Virus record (IMG/VR): IMGVR_UViG_3300028146_000010
Coordinates: 8,992 to 72,991 of that record
Reading direction: 5' to 3' (one strand)
From: a virus
Length of the DNA: 64,000 nucleotides
The translations under genes were made by a program, and so were the position numbers. The notes beneath the pieces are model-generated. The model saw only the letters and a program-made list of their open reading frames with translations, was not told the DNA's origin and ran no database searches. Shown here in pieces: positions 8,578-19,100 of this stretch. Positions within the stretch are counted from its first letter, which is position 1, and the number at the start of each line of letters is the position of its first letter.

Positions 8578-11250
8578 TCATTTCTTTTTCGCGGACGGCT
8601 TGGGCACCGCCTTCGGTTTTGGTTTGGCCTTCTCAATGCGAATCTTATGGTCAGCCTCTACCTTCGCCTCTTCCAATGTTTGCTTGTGAGTCTTATCGGC
8701 CATTGCCGTTTCGTGTGCTCTATCCGCCGCGTTCTGCTCAGCTTCGTGCTGCTGGGTGGATTGCTCTTGAGCGTACTGAAGCTGCGCACTGGGATCAGGC
8801 TCTGTGGATTCTGGCTGTTGACCTTCCTGCTGAGCGTTCAATTCTAATGCGTGAGCGCCGATAGCGGCAGGGGCAGCATGAGCGGCAGCAACCGTGCCTG
8901 CGCCCATCGCCCGAGCCGACTCCTGCTCCACACTGCTTTGAAACATTCCTCTAGCTAGCAGAGAACAGGCCCGGCGCAACGGCATTGGACTGTTGATTAA
9001 TTCATCCCAATCGAGGGCTTCAGCAAACCATTTTGCCTTCTCGTCCAGTTTTAACTCTGCTTCATCAATCGGCGGATCGATAGCATCAATAAGCACTTGA
9101 GGATCAACATCATCAGACTGCTGTACCTGCATAGCCTGCTTCATCTGATTCAGGCGCTTACGGCATAGCTCACCAACTGCGTCATAGTCATCAGTATCCA
9201 AGTCTACGTCAAACACATCTTCCAGCTCGCTGATCATCTTGGCATTGGCTTGCTGTAGCGCCGCGTATCCTTCCGCGCCGCCCAACACGCCAAAGAATTG
9301 CGTGAGATTCTTTTGCCGCGTAAACGGGCCTTTGGGCATTTCGCTGTTGCGGACGACCTCGAACACTAAATCGGCCTTCAAGTCCGCACCTGACAACTCC
9401 ACGCCTTGAGTCTGTCCGTATCGCCCACTAAGCGCAAAGTAACGAGGCAGTGGAAAGTGTTGGCGGAACAAGTTGACGGTAATCTCTGCGCCACGTTTGC
9501 GAGCGTCAGCCTTAATCTGAAATATCGGCTGGTTGATGGAGTCGGCATTGCCCTGATCAATCTCTGCGGCTGTGGCCGTGGTGTTCGTTGCCGTAATTCC
9601 CGGTTCACCCTGCTGGTAGTCACTAACCATGCTGGTTTTCTGAAACATTACGTTCAGGAAGTTCTGGGCATAGTTAAAGAATTGTCCCGGCATGGCGGTG
9701 GGTTGGAATTGGTAGATAGAGTCGGCTAGTTTACGGCCCTCCGGCAGTTTGGTTAAGTCAAACGGGATGTTAGTCCGTGGCGTGCCAATGTACTTCATCT
9801 TACTTCCCGTCCAGATTTGGTTGTCATAACCAATGGCCGGAGTGTAGGTGGATGACATGTACGAGAGAGCTTGATTGTTGAGCGTGTTGAACTGTTTTTG
9901 GATTTCCACCGTGTCGGCTAATCCGCGACCACTACCTGTCTGCGTTTGAGTAAACCATGTGCCCGATACGATGTGATCTTTATGCCTTTCAGGGTAAATT
10001 GCCAATACCACCGCCATGCCGTTTAGGCCCACCGCACACAGGCCATCGGGAAATACATCGGTGAGCTTACCTTTCGGCAACGTTGGCCCATCCACCGTGG
10101 CTTCATCACCAATCAGGTTAATATCCGCATAGCAATCCGGCGACATCCAGAACTCATTGAAAGTCACCGTATCACCCTTACCGCCCTCTTCGTCTCTAGC
10201 ATGGCGTTGATTGCCATAGTTCGAGAAGCCTGACATTGCACTACCCTGATGCCCCAACGCCCTCAGTACCTCTAACCCGTGATCACGATCAGAGTCTCCT
10301 TGAGGCAGTAACACGTTTCCAAGCACGCGAGTAATAGAGCCTTTAGGAATTTCCTGATTGTACATAAACCAATCGGAGTCTTCTGGCCGTTTCGCCAAAT
10401 CCCAGCGGCAAGCAGGCATGGGTAATAACTCACAGACCAGATCACCAATCTGCCGTCTCTGTTGACCCGTCATGCTGTGGATGTCGTCGCTGGCAGGTGG
10501 CGTAACACTGACAGCAGTAGATCGGCAGTTAGGACATCGCGGCTCAGCGGCTAATGGCCCATTACCACCTAACGCGCCTAACGATTCATCACCGTCGTTC
10601 ATGAATTCAGTTGCCGTACCTGCGTACTCACAATCACCACATAGTCCCGCGCCCTCACCCATTGTCACCGACTTTTGCTCAAACACATCCTGCAATACCG
10701 TCATGCTGATTTTGGCATCGTCAAGCCGATAACGGTCGATGTAAGTGCCAAATGTCATGCCCATTAGTCCTTCTTGCTGGGAAAACCAATGGTTGTAGAA
10801 TTGACGTTCGTAGTAGTTGTTGATGGAGTCAGCGGACTTCGCGGCAGATGCGCAAGTGTCAAGATTGCGACCGGGACGGATGAGGATGTCAGGATTAGAA
10901 CCTTCCCATTTGGCAAGAAGGTTCTGCTTCAGATTGTTCATGACGTTTAGAGCGCGGCGATCTTCATTGCCACTGGTCATAGGAAGAACGCCCCAGCTGC
11001 CATCGTAAGGGTTGCGAGCTAAGAACTGCTTGCCGTTGATGTAAAGGGAGGTGAGTTGACCGACGTTGACTATCTCACGGAAGACGTTTTTATCCTTGCG
11101 ATGGAAATGTTGAAACCTTTCCGCGAGAGCTTTAGCGATGTATGAATCTGGCCGTTTCCCGCCACGAGACAATTCCAACAACGGTTTCGTAGGCGCGAAA
11201 TTCTGATACGGAACAATCTGCGCAGGGGATGGTTGGAGTTCAGCGGCCAT
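8578..11250 (-). CDS. portal protein (P22-like) with zinc-ribbon insertion
   Basis: 890 aa between terminase and scaffold; GRGLADTVEIQKQFN and TATAAEI portal motifs; CGDC...CPNC insertion; basic C-terminal tail. Confidence 0.8.
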   Translation of the reverse strand: MAAELQPSPAQIVPYQNFAPTKPLLELSRGGKRPDSYIAKALAERFQHFHRKDKNVFREIVNVGQLTSLYINGKQFLARNPYDGSWGVLPMTSGNEDRRALNVMNNLKQNLLAKWEGSNPDILIRPGRNLDTCASAAKSADSINNYYERQFYNHWFSQQEGLMGMTFGTYIDRYRLDDAKISMTVLQDVFEQKSVTMGEGAGLCGDCEYAGTATEFMNDGDESLGALGGNGPLAAEPRCPNCRSTAVSVTPPASDDIHSMTGQQRRQIGDLVCELLPMPACRWDLAKRPEDSDWFMYNQEIPKGSITRVLGNVLLPQGDSDRDHGLEVLRALGHQGSAMSGFSNYGNQRHARDEEGGKGDTVTFNEFWMSPDCYADINLIGDEATVDGPTLPKGKLTDVFPDGLCAVGLNGMAVVLAIYPERHKDHIVSGTWFTQTQTGSGRGLADTVEIQKQFNTLNNQALSYMSSTYTPAIGYDNQIWTGSKMKYIGTPRTNIPFDLTKLPEGRKLADSIYQFQPTAMPGQFFNYAQNFLNVMFQKTSMVSDYQQGEPGITATNTTATAAEIDQGNADSINQPIFQIKADARKRGAEITVNLFRQHFPLPRYFALSGRYGQTQGVELSGADLKADLVFEVVRNSEMPKGPFTRQKNLTQFFGVLGGAEGYAALQQANAKMISELEDVFDVDLDTDDYDAVGELCRKRLNQMKQAMQVQQSDDVDPQVLIDAIDPPIDEAELKLDEKAKWFAEALDWDELINSPMPLRRACSLLARGMFQSSVEQESARAMGAGTVAAAHAAPAAIGAHALELNAQQEGQQPESTEPDPSAQLQYAQEQSTQQHEAEQNAADRAHETAMADKTHKQTLEEAKVEADHKIRIEKAKPKPKAVPKPSAKKK

Positions 11251-11252
11251 TG

Positions 11253-11576
11253 CTATTCAGGGATGCGGGCAAATATCGGAGCGCCATTAACCATGTTCTT
11301 ACATGAATTTACCTCGATATTTGAACCATTCACCCGCAATACCTTCATCTCGTGATAGCGCGTTTTAGTTCGCATTCGAGGTTCAGCAAATCGCTGTGAG
11401 ATGCGCCAGAGCCAATGCCAAGAATCCTCTGCATGATTATGAAACCACATTAGAACTCGCCAGATGATCCGATGATGCCACGGCCACGGATCGCGGCCTA
11501 TCGGAACTTCATAAGGTGAGTAAAGCTTCCAATGTGTTTGGCCTTCAACCAGTGACGGCATTGTTACTTTCATCAA
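11253..11576 (-). CDS. hypothetical protein (Trp/His-rich)
   Basis: 107 aa, coupled to neighbours. Confidence 0.45.
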   Translation of the reverse strand: MMKVTMPSLVEGQTHWKLYSPYEVPIGRDPWPWHHRIIWRVLMWFHNHAEDSWHWLWRISQRFAEPRMRTKTRYHEMKVLRVNGSNIEVNSCKNMVNGAPIFARIPE

Positions 11577-11851
11577 AACTCCACATCAGGCATTCCGACA
11601 GGAGGCCCGAAGTTATGCACATGACCATCTTGACAGGTTACACAGACAAGTTGATAGCAAGTAAGGCAATAGGTAGATACGAACGTAATAATAGTCGGCA
11701 GACCACAAACCCCGCACGGTCGTATGTTTTTTGATTCAACCACACGGGCAAACGCCAAGTTGGACTCAACGTGACGCTGATGCTCAAGTAATTCATTTGA
11801 TTTCATCATTTCCTCAAGCCACGGCCATGCTTTAGGATAGGTGTTATTCAT
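11573..11851 (-). CDS. hypothetical zinc-finger protein
   Basis: CGVC..CLTC...CVTC..H. Confidence 0.5.
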   Translation of the reverse strand: MNNTYPKAWPWLEEMMKSNELLEHQRHVESNLAFARVVESKNIRPCGVCGLPTIITFVSTYCLTCYQLVCVTCQDGHVHNFGPPVGMPDVEF

Positions 11852-12225
11852 TGTTCTGCTTCATACTCAATCGGCAACCCCTCACCCCGCATCTCAGCTT
11901 CCCATCGACGTTCAGCGTCCTCTACATCATGCCCAGCCTCAACCGCGCATCGCTTGTAAAACTCTAACTTTGCGTAGTCAATTTCAGTCGGCTCATGGGT
12001 ATAGCCCTTGGGGTGGCCCTTGTTGGGTTCGACCTTCGCGGGCGGCTCAGTGTCAAGCGCATACCCGCCCTGCTTGGTGACGAACCGAGAAGTTAGTTGC
12101 AGGATGGTCCAATCCTTCGCGGCCCGTTCCGCGTCCAGCCGCTTCTCTGCATCGACAGCACGCCTGAGAGCGGTGGACAACTCCCGCTCCAATCGCTTGA
12201 GTTCACGAGAAGACAGCCACGGCAT
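11848..12225 (-). CDS. hypothetical coiled-coil protein
   Basis: 125 aa, ATG 5 nt after a CATAAT -10-like element. Confidence 0.55.
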   Translation of the reverse strand: MPWLSSRELKRLERELSTALRRAVDAEKRLDAERAAKDWTILQLTSRFVTKQGGYALDTEPPAKVEPNKGHPKGYTHEPTEIDYAKLEFYKRCAVEAGHDVEDAERRWEAEMRGEGLPIEYEAEQ

Positions 12226-12234
12226 AGATAATTA

Positions 12235-12298
12235 TGCTGCGCATCCACCTATCCGACGCAGGAAACCAGAAAGAGACGGATGCAGCGAACGCGCAGCA
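12235..12298 (-). other. long intergenic RNA hairpin
   Basis: TGCTGCGCGTTCGC...GTGGATGCGCAGCA; mismatches are G-U compatible only on the minus (transcribed) strand. Confidence 0.5.
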
Positions 12299-12303
12299 AG
12301 TCC

Positions 12304-12660
12304 TCACTCTGGGGGATAAGCTGCCCCACTGACTACGTTTTGGTCGGCGTAGGTCAGGTTCACAAGCTGAGCGCCAGTAGTCAAATTAAGTATCCGAGCA
12401 TCGGACAACTCCGTTGAATACAACCCCAGCGTGATGCCAAGATTAATGCAATCCACCATCGGACGCTGATCGGCGTGCAGCAATGCACCTGCCGCCGTAA
12501 CCGCGTTTTGCAACCCTTGGTTTGTGTTAGCGGCAGCGATTGTCGTGTTATTTAAGAACGCAGGTGCCGCATAAGCAGCAAGCGAACCTTTGCAAACGCC
12601 ACCGATTTGTTGCGCCGATAGTTGTTGGGCATCTATGTGGAGGCCCGCAAGCTGTGCCAT
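12304..12660 (-). CDS. hypothetical virion-associated protein
   Basis: 118 aa, RBS GGAG, Ala/Asn-rich. Confidence 0.55.
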   Translation of the reverse strand: MAQLAGLHIDAQQLSAQQIGGVCKGSLAAYAAPAFLNNTTIAAANTNQGLQNAVTAAGALLHADQRPMVDCINLGITLGLYSTELSDARILNLTTGAQLVNLTYADQNVVSGAAYPPE

Positions 12661-12675
12661 TGATTTTCTCCCTTG

Positions 12676-13059
12676 TTATGCGGCTGGGGCTGCTTTTTTA
12701 GCAACGGCTTCCGCTTCCTTGTCCTGTCGGCCCTTGATCCGAATTACTTCTTGCTCGAATCGAGCAATCGTAGAGTCACCGGGCGCGACCGAACCGCCCT
12801 TGTAAATCGCTTCAGCATGATAGACCAAGTCCCTGCGGTGGGATTCGAGGCTGTGTGCGAAATCAGCATCGCCGCCCTCAACATTGCGAACCTTATCCCA
12901 TGCCTCAACCGCCGCGACCGCACAGCCGGGAATTGCACTGTGAGCCACGGAGACTTCAGCGGTGTGAGCGGGTACGTCAACGCTGACTACGGCGTGACCG
13001 TCCTTGTCGTCTACTTTGAGGGCCGATTTGCCCTTTGGTGATTCTTTTACGTTTGTCAT
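12676..13059 (-). CDS. hypothetical protein
   Basis: 127 aa, RBS GGAG, coupled. Confidence 0.55.
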   Translation of the reverse strand: MTNVKESPKGKSALKVDDKDGHAVVSVDVPAHTAEVSVAHSAIPGCAVAAVEAWDKVRNVEGGDADFAHSLESHRRDLVYHAEAIYKGGSVAPGDSTIARFEQEVIRIKGRQDKEAEAVAKKAAPAA

Positions 13060-13259
13060 GGTTTGATTTTCTCCGGTGATGGGTATCGAATTTTAGGTCG
13101 GCGCGACTTTTTCGCCTCACTCATCGCAATCGCTACCGCCTGCTTGTTAGCCTTGTCTGCGCCGAACTTTGCTGCCGTGTGGGCATAAGTGTTGCCCGTA
13201 TGAAGTTCTTTGATATTAGAACTGATTGTGTTTTGCGATGAACCGGGTTTTAATGGCAT
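13056..13259 (-). CDS. small basic phage protein (MPLKxGxSQxTISxNIxEL...KQAVAIAxS family, DUF6496-like)
   Basis: matches a short basic family commonly found near terminase/portal genes. Confidence 0.6.
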   Translation of the reverse strand: MPLKPGSSQNTISSNIKELHTGNTYAHTAAKFGADKANKQAVAIAMSEAKKSRRPKIRYPSPEKIKP

Positions 13260-13262
13260 CGA

Positions 13263-13916
13263 TCACTCCCAACGTCGCACGCGCTCACCGTTACATCGAA
13301 AGCGCGGCTTGCTTAAAATCATCGAGATACGGGTCAGCGCCACTTCGTTTTGATCCGCACCATGTCTCACTGCGTATAATAACATCTCCGGTGTAGGGAG
13401 AGGCGTTAAGGTTGAATCTGACGCTTGCCACTTTTGACCTTCAATCATGGTTTCATCCTATCAGGTTTCGGAAACCGCATCTTTGGTCGCTTCGGTGTCT
13501 GCGACCCACTCACCTTCAACATCTGTCTTGCTGGTGATGGCAACAACTTCGCTGGACTATGCTCACCAATCGCCATTGCTTCATCGAGGGGCTGATTCAT
13601 TTGGTGCTGCATGGGTTGCGGAAATCCACCGTGACCCGCCACGGGTTGACGTTTCAATGCGCCGATGTTGCTGAAATTAACCGCCATTGCGTTTCACGAA
13701 AGGCACGGCGGGAAGACCACGCACTAAGCTGTCAACCGCGTCGCTTAGGTTCTGTTGCAGCATTACAACGTCATCACTGTCCGACACCTGCTCGCTGAGA
13801 TAAAACCGTTTCACCGCTGCGCGTAACACGGCATTTTCAAGACGCTGAACCTCGCTAGCTGCCGCTTCTATTTCCACCATCGAAGCAAATGTACGCGCAA
13901 ATGGCGCGGGCGTCAA
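13263..13916 (-). CDS. three small coupled hypothetical genes (13677-13916, 13445-13687, 13263-13448)
   Basis: overlapping start/stop codons between terminase and portal. Confidence 0.45.
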
Positions 13917-15886
13917 TCTTCTTCTTGATCGTCGATGCCGATGGGGCGGTTGAACTCGTCAAACGTGACTAACTTTAGATTCGTTGCCCGACGTTTCGCT
14001 CTGGCCTGCTGGAAGTTATAAGCCATCTCCAATTCAGGGGTCAGACCGTGTTCGTAGGGCGAGCGTTTCAGTAATTCTTCGTAGCGGTAAGGTTCAGGGG
14101 TGGCGATAACGACTTCCTCGGCTTCGGTCAGTTGATCCGCTTGAACGCCAAAGGTCGCCATCAGCCCACGGGCGCTATCGACCCAATCGTCATCAATCTT
14201 CTTTGCTCCTGCGTTACGATGCGAGTATAGCGGCATCTCAAATCGCGCCCGCGCTAATCCACCTGAATCTCTCGCGCCTGTGACGCGGAGTTTTAAGTTA
14301 CCATCAATGTACAACTCGCCCTGACCATTCTCCACTACGAAATAGATTCGCGGCTTACCCATGAGTGGTTGACCTGCCTGCGGGTGTCCCGCCGGATACC
14401 GACGAAACGGATGAGGCTTAGAGCGGTCAATTTCAAGTAAGTTTTGAATCTGTGGTACACCGCTACCCTTTGCCGCTTTCCATTTGTTAAAGAATAGTTG
14501 AAGGTCACTAGGCAGATCGATTATCAACGTGTTGCGCGCCGCTGATGCTTCATGTGACATTTTGGACTGTTCGATCTGGCTCTCAACGATCCGCATCTCA
14601 GATTGAAAGGCTTTAACCGCTGCCGACACCCTGCCGGGACTAACTAGCTCCGCTTCCATTGATGGATCGTAGGGAAACTTTGGCAGCACTACCTCACCGA
14701 TAACGAAGTGAGAATCATCATGCGGACAAGTCTTATCGGGCCGGGTAATGAAACACACCGACGAGGGATGTTGTCTGGTAGTCCCCCAGTCAAATCCACG
14801 ACCCTTGTGCCACCGAGCCGGAATAAAGAACCCATTCTCATCCTTCATCGGCACATGCGGAAACCCTGCGGCCATCTCACTGCGGGTGATGATGTGGTAA
14901 ACCTCATCCCATTCACGGAAATCCTTGTCGTCACCAACCTTAGTGACATCTTGCTGGCATTCCCTTTCAAATAAATCTTTCCCAATCTGGTTTAGAATAG
15001 ATTCGCAGTAAGGAATAGGTAGCGCGGGGTCGAATGGCTCTCCTGCTGTAATCACCCAACGCTTTCCACCGCTGGGCATGTCCACTTTTTCCGCATCGTA
15101 CCATTTCATTAGCGGGTATGGCCCTTTAGGGTCATGGTCGATAAGCATGTCCGCTCGGTGATCCATAATTTGCGAAACAATAGAATCCCGATGAATTAAA
15201 TTCTGGAAAACCACATTCAGCGTGTTCGCATAACCAGCAAGAAGAATTTCGGATTTAAGCAAGTCGAGATTCTTGGCAATGACATCAGGCGACTCACCAA
15301 GGCTATCAATGTCGTCAAACACAAGCAGGTCAAATCGCATGTCATCTTCAGACTTGAATCCACGATTTGAACCCTGCAAAGTAATTGGCACAATGGTCTG
15401 TCCTGCTTCGGTAACGAGACGATCCTGTGACCACGAGTTGAATGCATTGCGGTACTTTTGGACTCGGGGCTTTAGGTGGGGATAATCTTTAAGCAGCGCG
15501 GAATTTTCCAACTTGCGCCGAACGCCGTTAAAGTGCTGAGTAGCCTTAGCGTCTGTGCCGGAAATGTAGCCGATAGTTTGCCGACGCTTGCGAGCGAGAA
15601 TGGATACCAGCCAAGTCTCCGCTGTAGTCGATTTTCCGGCCCCCCTTGGCTGACATTCTATGCGCGGGCGATAATAAACATCAGGCTGAATACCCCATCC
15701 CCAACTCCAGAAGTCGGATTGGTAACTAGTAAAGTCGCGGGTAAAGGGCTTTGGAAAATAATGCTTGACCCATGCTTGCCACCCCTCGGCCTCCAACGCC
15801 GCACCTTTGGACTGCGGGCCTGCTAACGCCAGTGCTTTGGCGACCGTTGCGGCTATGGTCAGGCCGGATAGTTTGCCGTTGGGCAT
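13913..15886 (-). CDS. terL: terminase large subunit
   Basis: Walker A QPRGAGKST, Walker B LLVFDDID, FERECQQ linker, RNase H-like GRGFDWG and DDDWVDSARG. Confidence 0.92.
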   Translation of the reverse strand: MPNGKLSGLTIAATVAKALALAGPQSKGAALEAEGWQAWVKHYFPKPFTRDFTSYQSDFWSWGWGIQPDVYYRPRIECQPRGAGKSTTAETWLVSILARKRRQTIGYISGTDAKATQHFNGVRRKLENSALLKDYPHLKPRVQKYRNAFNSWSQDRLVTEAGQTIVPITLQGSNRGFKSEDDMRFDLLVFDDIDSLGESPDVIAKNLDLLKSEILLAGYANTLNVVFQNLIHRDSIVSQIMDHRADMLIDHDPKGPYPLMKWYDAEKVDMPSGGKRWVITAGEPFDPALPIPYCESILNQIGKDLFERECQQDVTKVGDDKDFREWDEVYHIITRSEMAAGFPHVPMKDENGFFIPARWHKGRGFDWGTTRQHPSSVCFITRPDKTCPHDDSHFVIGEVVLPKFPYDPSMEAELVSPGRVSAAVKAFQSEMRIVESQIEQSKMSHEASAARNTLIIDLPSDLQLFFNKWKAAKGSGVPQIQNLLEIDRSKPHPFRRYPAGHPQAGQPLMGKPRIYFVVENGQGELYIDGNLKLRVTGARDSGGLARARFEMPLYSHRNAGAKKIDDDWVDSARGLMATFGVQADQLTEAEEVVIATPEPYRYEELLKRSPYEHGLTPELEMAYNFQQARAKRRATNLKLVTFDEFNRPIGIDDQEED

Positions 15887-15889
15887 CGG

Positions 15890-16150
15890 TTAGACCACGT
15901 CACCGCCTACACTGTTTCTCGGTATCGGTGAATCGTAAATGACAGGTTTTTTGGTTTGCTGACGATTGCGGAATTGGTTGCCAAAGTTGAAGGCTGATGC
16001 GCCGAGTTGTCCAGCATCGTTGCTCTCTTCAGGTGGCGGCTGCGAAGTAAACTGCGAGAAGGTCGGCGCGGGCATGGCAGTGGCGGTTTGCGGGTCGATG
16101 TAGGGAGCGAGTGATACGTCGGCTAGTGCGTTGCGTCGTGGTGGTGTCAT
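15890..16150 (-). CDS. small Pro/Gln-rich protein, possible minor ejection protein
   Basis: 86 aa directly after the giant protein; low complexity like 23514..24968. Confidence 0.45.
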   Translation of the reverse strand: MTPPRRNALADVSLAPYIDPQTATAMPAPTFSQFTSQPPPEESNDAGQLGASAFNFGNQFRNRQQTKKPVIYDSPIPRNSVGGDVV

Positions 16151-16160
16151 TGTCGTCCCT

Positions 16161-19100
16161 CTATGGCGCTGCCGCTAGCACCGTCCGTGGCTGTCGTGGT
16201 TTCGCGGCCTTGCGTGGCTGAGTTCTGCGGTACGCATCGGCAACTTGCTCGGGAATCTTACGAATCGCCTCAGCCTTGTCCTTCTCGCTCATCTTATCAT
16301 AAGCCGAGCTACTTACCAGTGCGTCTGTTTGTTGCTGGATGTTGTAATTCACGGTTCGTCGTCGTTGCTCGTATTCATCAGGCGTTTCGTCAGGTTGAAT
16401 TATCACGCCCTTTACATTGACACCCAACCGCTTCATTTCATCGCTGCCTTTAGATGGTTGGTTATTGAATACAGGGCTGATATTGAACGGCACTTGCTGC
16501 CGCAATCCCGGCACGCCCATTTCCATTGCTTGAGTGAACCCTTTGGGCCTACGCCGCGCTATCTCTGTTTCCTCTTTGTCGGTAGCTTTTGCTAACTCCT
16601 GCATGATTTGCGGTTCGACCCTCGCGGCCAGCCATTTACCCATCTGCGTTGACATCGTTTCGCCGTTCTTTAGCGAACTCACAGCATCGACATACTCATT
16701 GAGAAATGGGACTTGTTGAGCGGTGCCCTTTGCGCCAGTCGCCAGCCCTGTGCGTACTCGTTGCCCCAAACTTTGATCTTTATTCTGTGCTACTTGACTC
16801 TGAATCTCACGTTTCAGTGTGGAGGTAAATTGCGCCAACTCATTCGGCGGACTATGTAGCGCCCAATGCGGGATCGTCACAGGGCCGACCTTCACATCAC
16901 CGGGTTTCACTTCGTTCTTATCACCGGCACCGCCATAGTAGCCGCCTAGTGCCACTTTGCCTGCGCCTGCGCCGCTCAGTCCGCCTAACGCCATGTAAAT
17001 TAGACCTACAGAACCGCGTTTCAATAACCGCATGGTCTTGTCTGCGGCCTCGGGACTGAGTTTGCCCATTAAGTCAGGGTTGCGACGTTCTAACTCTTTT
17101 GCCGCTTCAACTATCGTGGCGTCCATGTTATGCGTAGATGTCTCCGCTACCGCCCGTCGTAACCGCACTTCACTGGCAATGCCGCGAGCAATGCCACGGG
17201 GAAGTCCTAAACCATATTCACCGATAAGTTGACCAAAGAGATAATTTGACGGTACGCGCTCCACGGGTACGAATATACGGCTGACATCTTGCCCTTCCTT
17301 GCTTAACATTCGTCGCCCACCGCGAACCATTCTACTGAACGGGTTATCGCCCAGCATCATGATTTCTTCCGCGTGCTTTGCGGCAGCGTCGTCAATCCAC
17401 TGCTTCACGTCAGGATCGTTAACGTCCATTCCCTGCTTTTCCGCCCATTGACGATTCTGTACTTTAGCGCGAGCGTTTTCACCCGATCCGAGAATGTTCT
17501 TTTCGGCCATGTGAACACGCCCCGGCACGGCAAGGACGGTTCCGGCTTTTGTAGGAATTTGAGGATAACGCTTCCCTGCTTCTAACGTGAGCGAGGTTTC
17601 GCCTGACATTAACGCACGAGGTATGTCTTTGACACCGCGACCAATCCCACGGGCAAATTCGGCTTCTGACTCGCCACTAATTCGCTGCCCATGACGCGGG
17701 GCCATTTCGGCGGTACGGGGAAACAATTTGCGCGCACCTTCACCTGCTACTTCGCCCATGTACTGTTGGGCGGCTGACTGGCCTAATGCCGATCCAATCT
17801 TACCAATGGTACGGGTTCCGGTGAGTAGGCCAGCGCGTACACCTGCCGCTGTGTAAGCCAGCCCTTTCTGAAACACATTCTTGTTCCGCCAATCAATCAC
17901 ATTGCCTAAATTATCAATCTGCGATTGCAGGATTTTCGCGTTACGTTTAGCAACGCGCACCTCGTCGGTTTCAGGCGTGACTTTCTGTTCAGGCTTAACG
18001 GCCCGCTGACCAGTCTTCTGCATGTCGGTCAATTCAGCCTGCATGTCACGGACTTTACCCGCCCATCGCTGGCCGCTGGCCTTCTGTACGTTCAAGGTCT
18101 TCCGTGCTTCGGCTTCGTATTCCGCCCAGCTACCCGTTGCGCCGTAGAAGGATGCTTTCGGCTGCGGAGCTTCACGAGCTTTGCGCGCCGCGTCGGCTCG
18201 CATGTCAGTGACGATCTGGCGAAGTGTGGCTCGTTCTTTTTCTGCGGCTCCGATTTCAGGCGACCACAGTGACCTTGCACCTTCACGAACCTCTGGCTTG
18301 ACCTTACCTGATCGAATCGCTGCCTGATTCTCAGAGATAGACTTATTGAGTTCGGTTAGCCGCCGCTCAACTGCCTTCTGGTCAGCCGCAGGATCGCTAA
18401 TCAGTGCCGCCGCTTTCTCTAGCCCCGCCTGCTCGGCTTTCAGTTGCCGCAGTTCGCTGTCAGGGATGACTTGTTGCCGCCCCTGAACCTCTTTCTTGCC
18501 GCTCGCTATCCATGACTTCAACTGCTCAATTCGATTGCGGGTGGTCTGTTTCGCCTTGTCCAGTGGAGTAGCCTGCTCGGTTTCAGGGTTATAAGGCTTC
18601 TCACCTAACTTCACCCCTTGCTCGCGCATAGCGTCTTGGAGTTCACGAAGGGCGCGGCGCTGATCTTCGGTGGGTTTATCACGTTGTTGGCCCCGGCGTA
18701 ACGGCCTGATTCCTTTTTCCACGACATCAGCCTTGCCTGACGTGGAAGCGAGAATAGATTGAACTTCATTCAGTTTCTTTTCTACCGCGTCGGTAGTTGT
18801 TTTCTTGATTTGTCCATAGCCTGAAATAAGGTCACTAACTTCACGCTTTGAAAGATCAGAAACGTCCTTTAAGTGAGCATGGATAGAATCAACTATGTCC
18901 CCTGCTTTTGTAACGCCATCTTCGATGTAATTACGCGCCAAGTCTCGAACTACCCGCGCCATTTCCCCTGCCTTAGCGGGATCGAACTCGCCCTTCTCAC
19001 TGTGAATAAATTCAGCAACGGATCGGGAGCCTGTAAGTTTGGCGAATTGCTGTTTTAGATCGGCGCGTTCAGTAGCTAACACCTCGCGGGTTCTCTGTCG

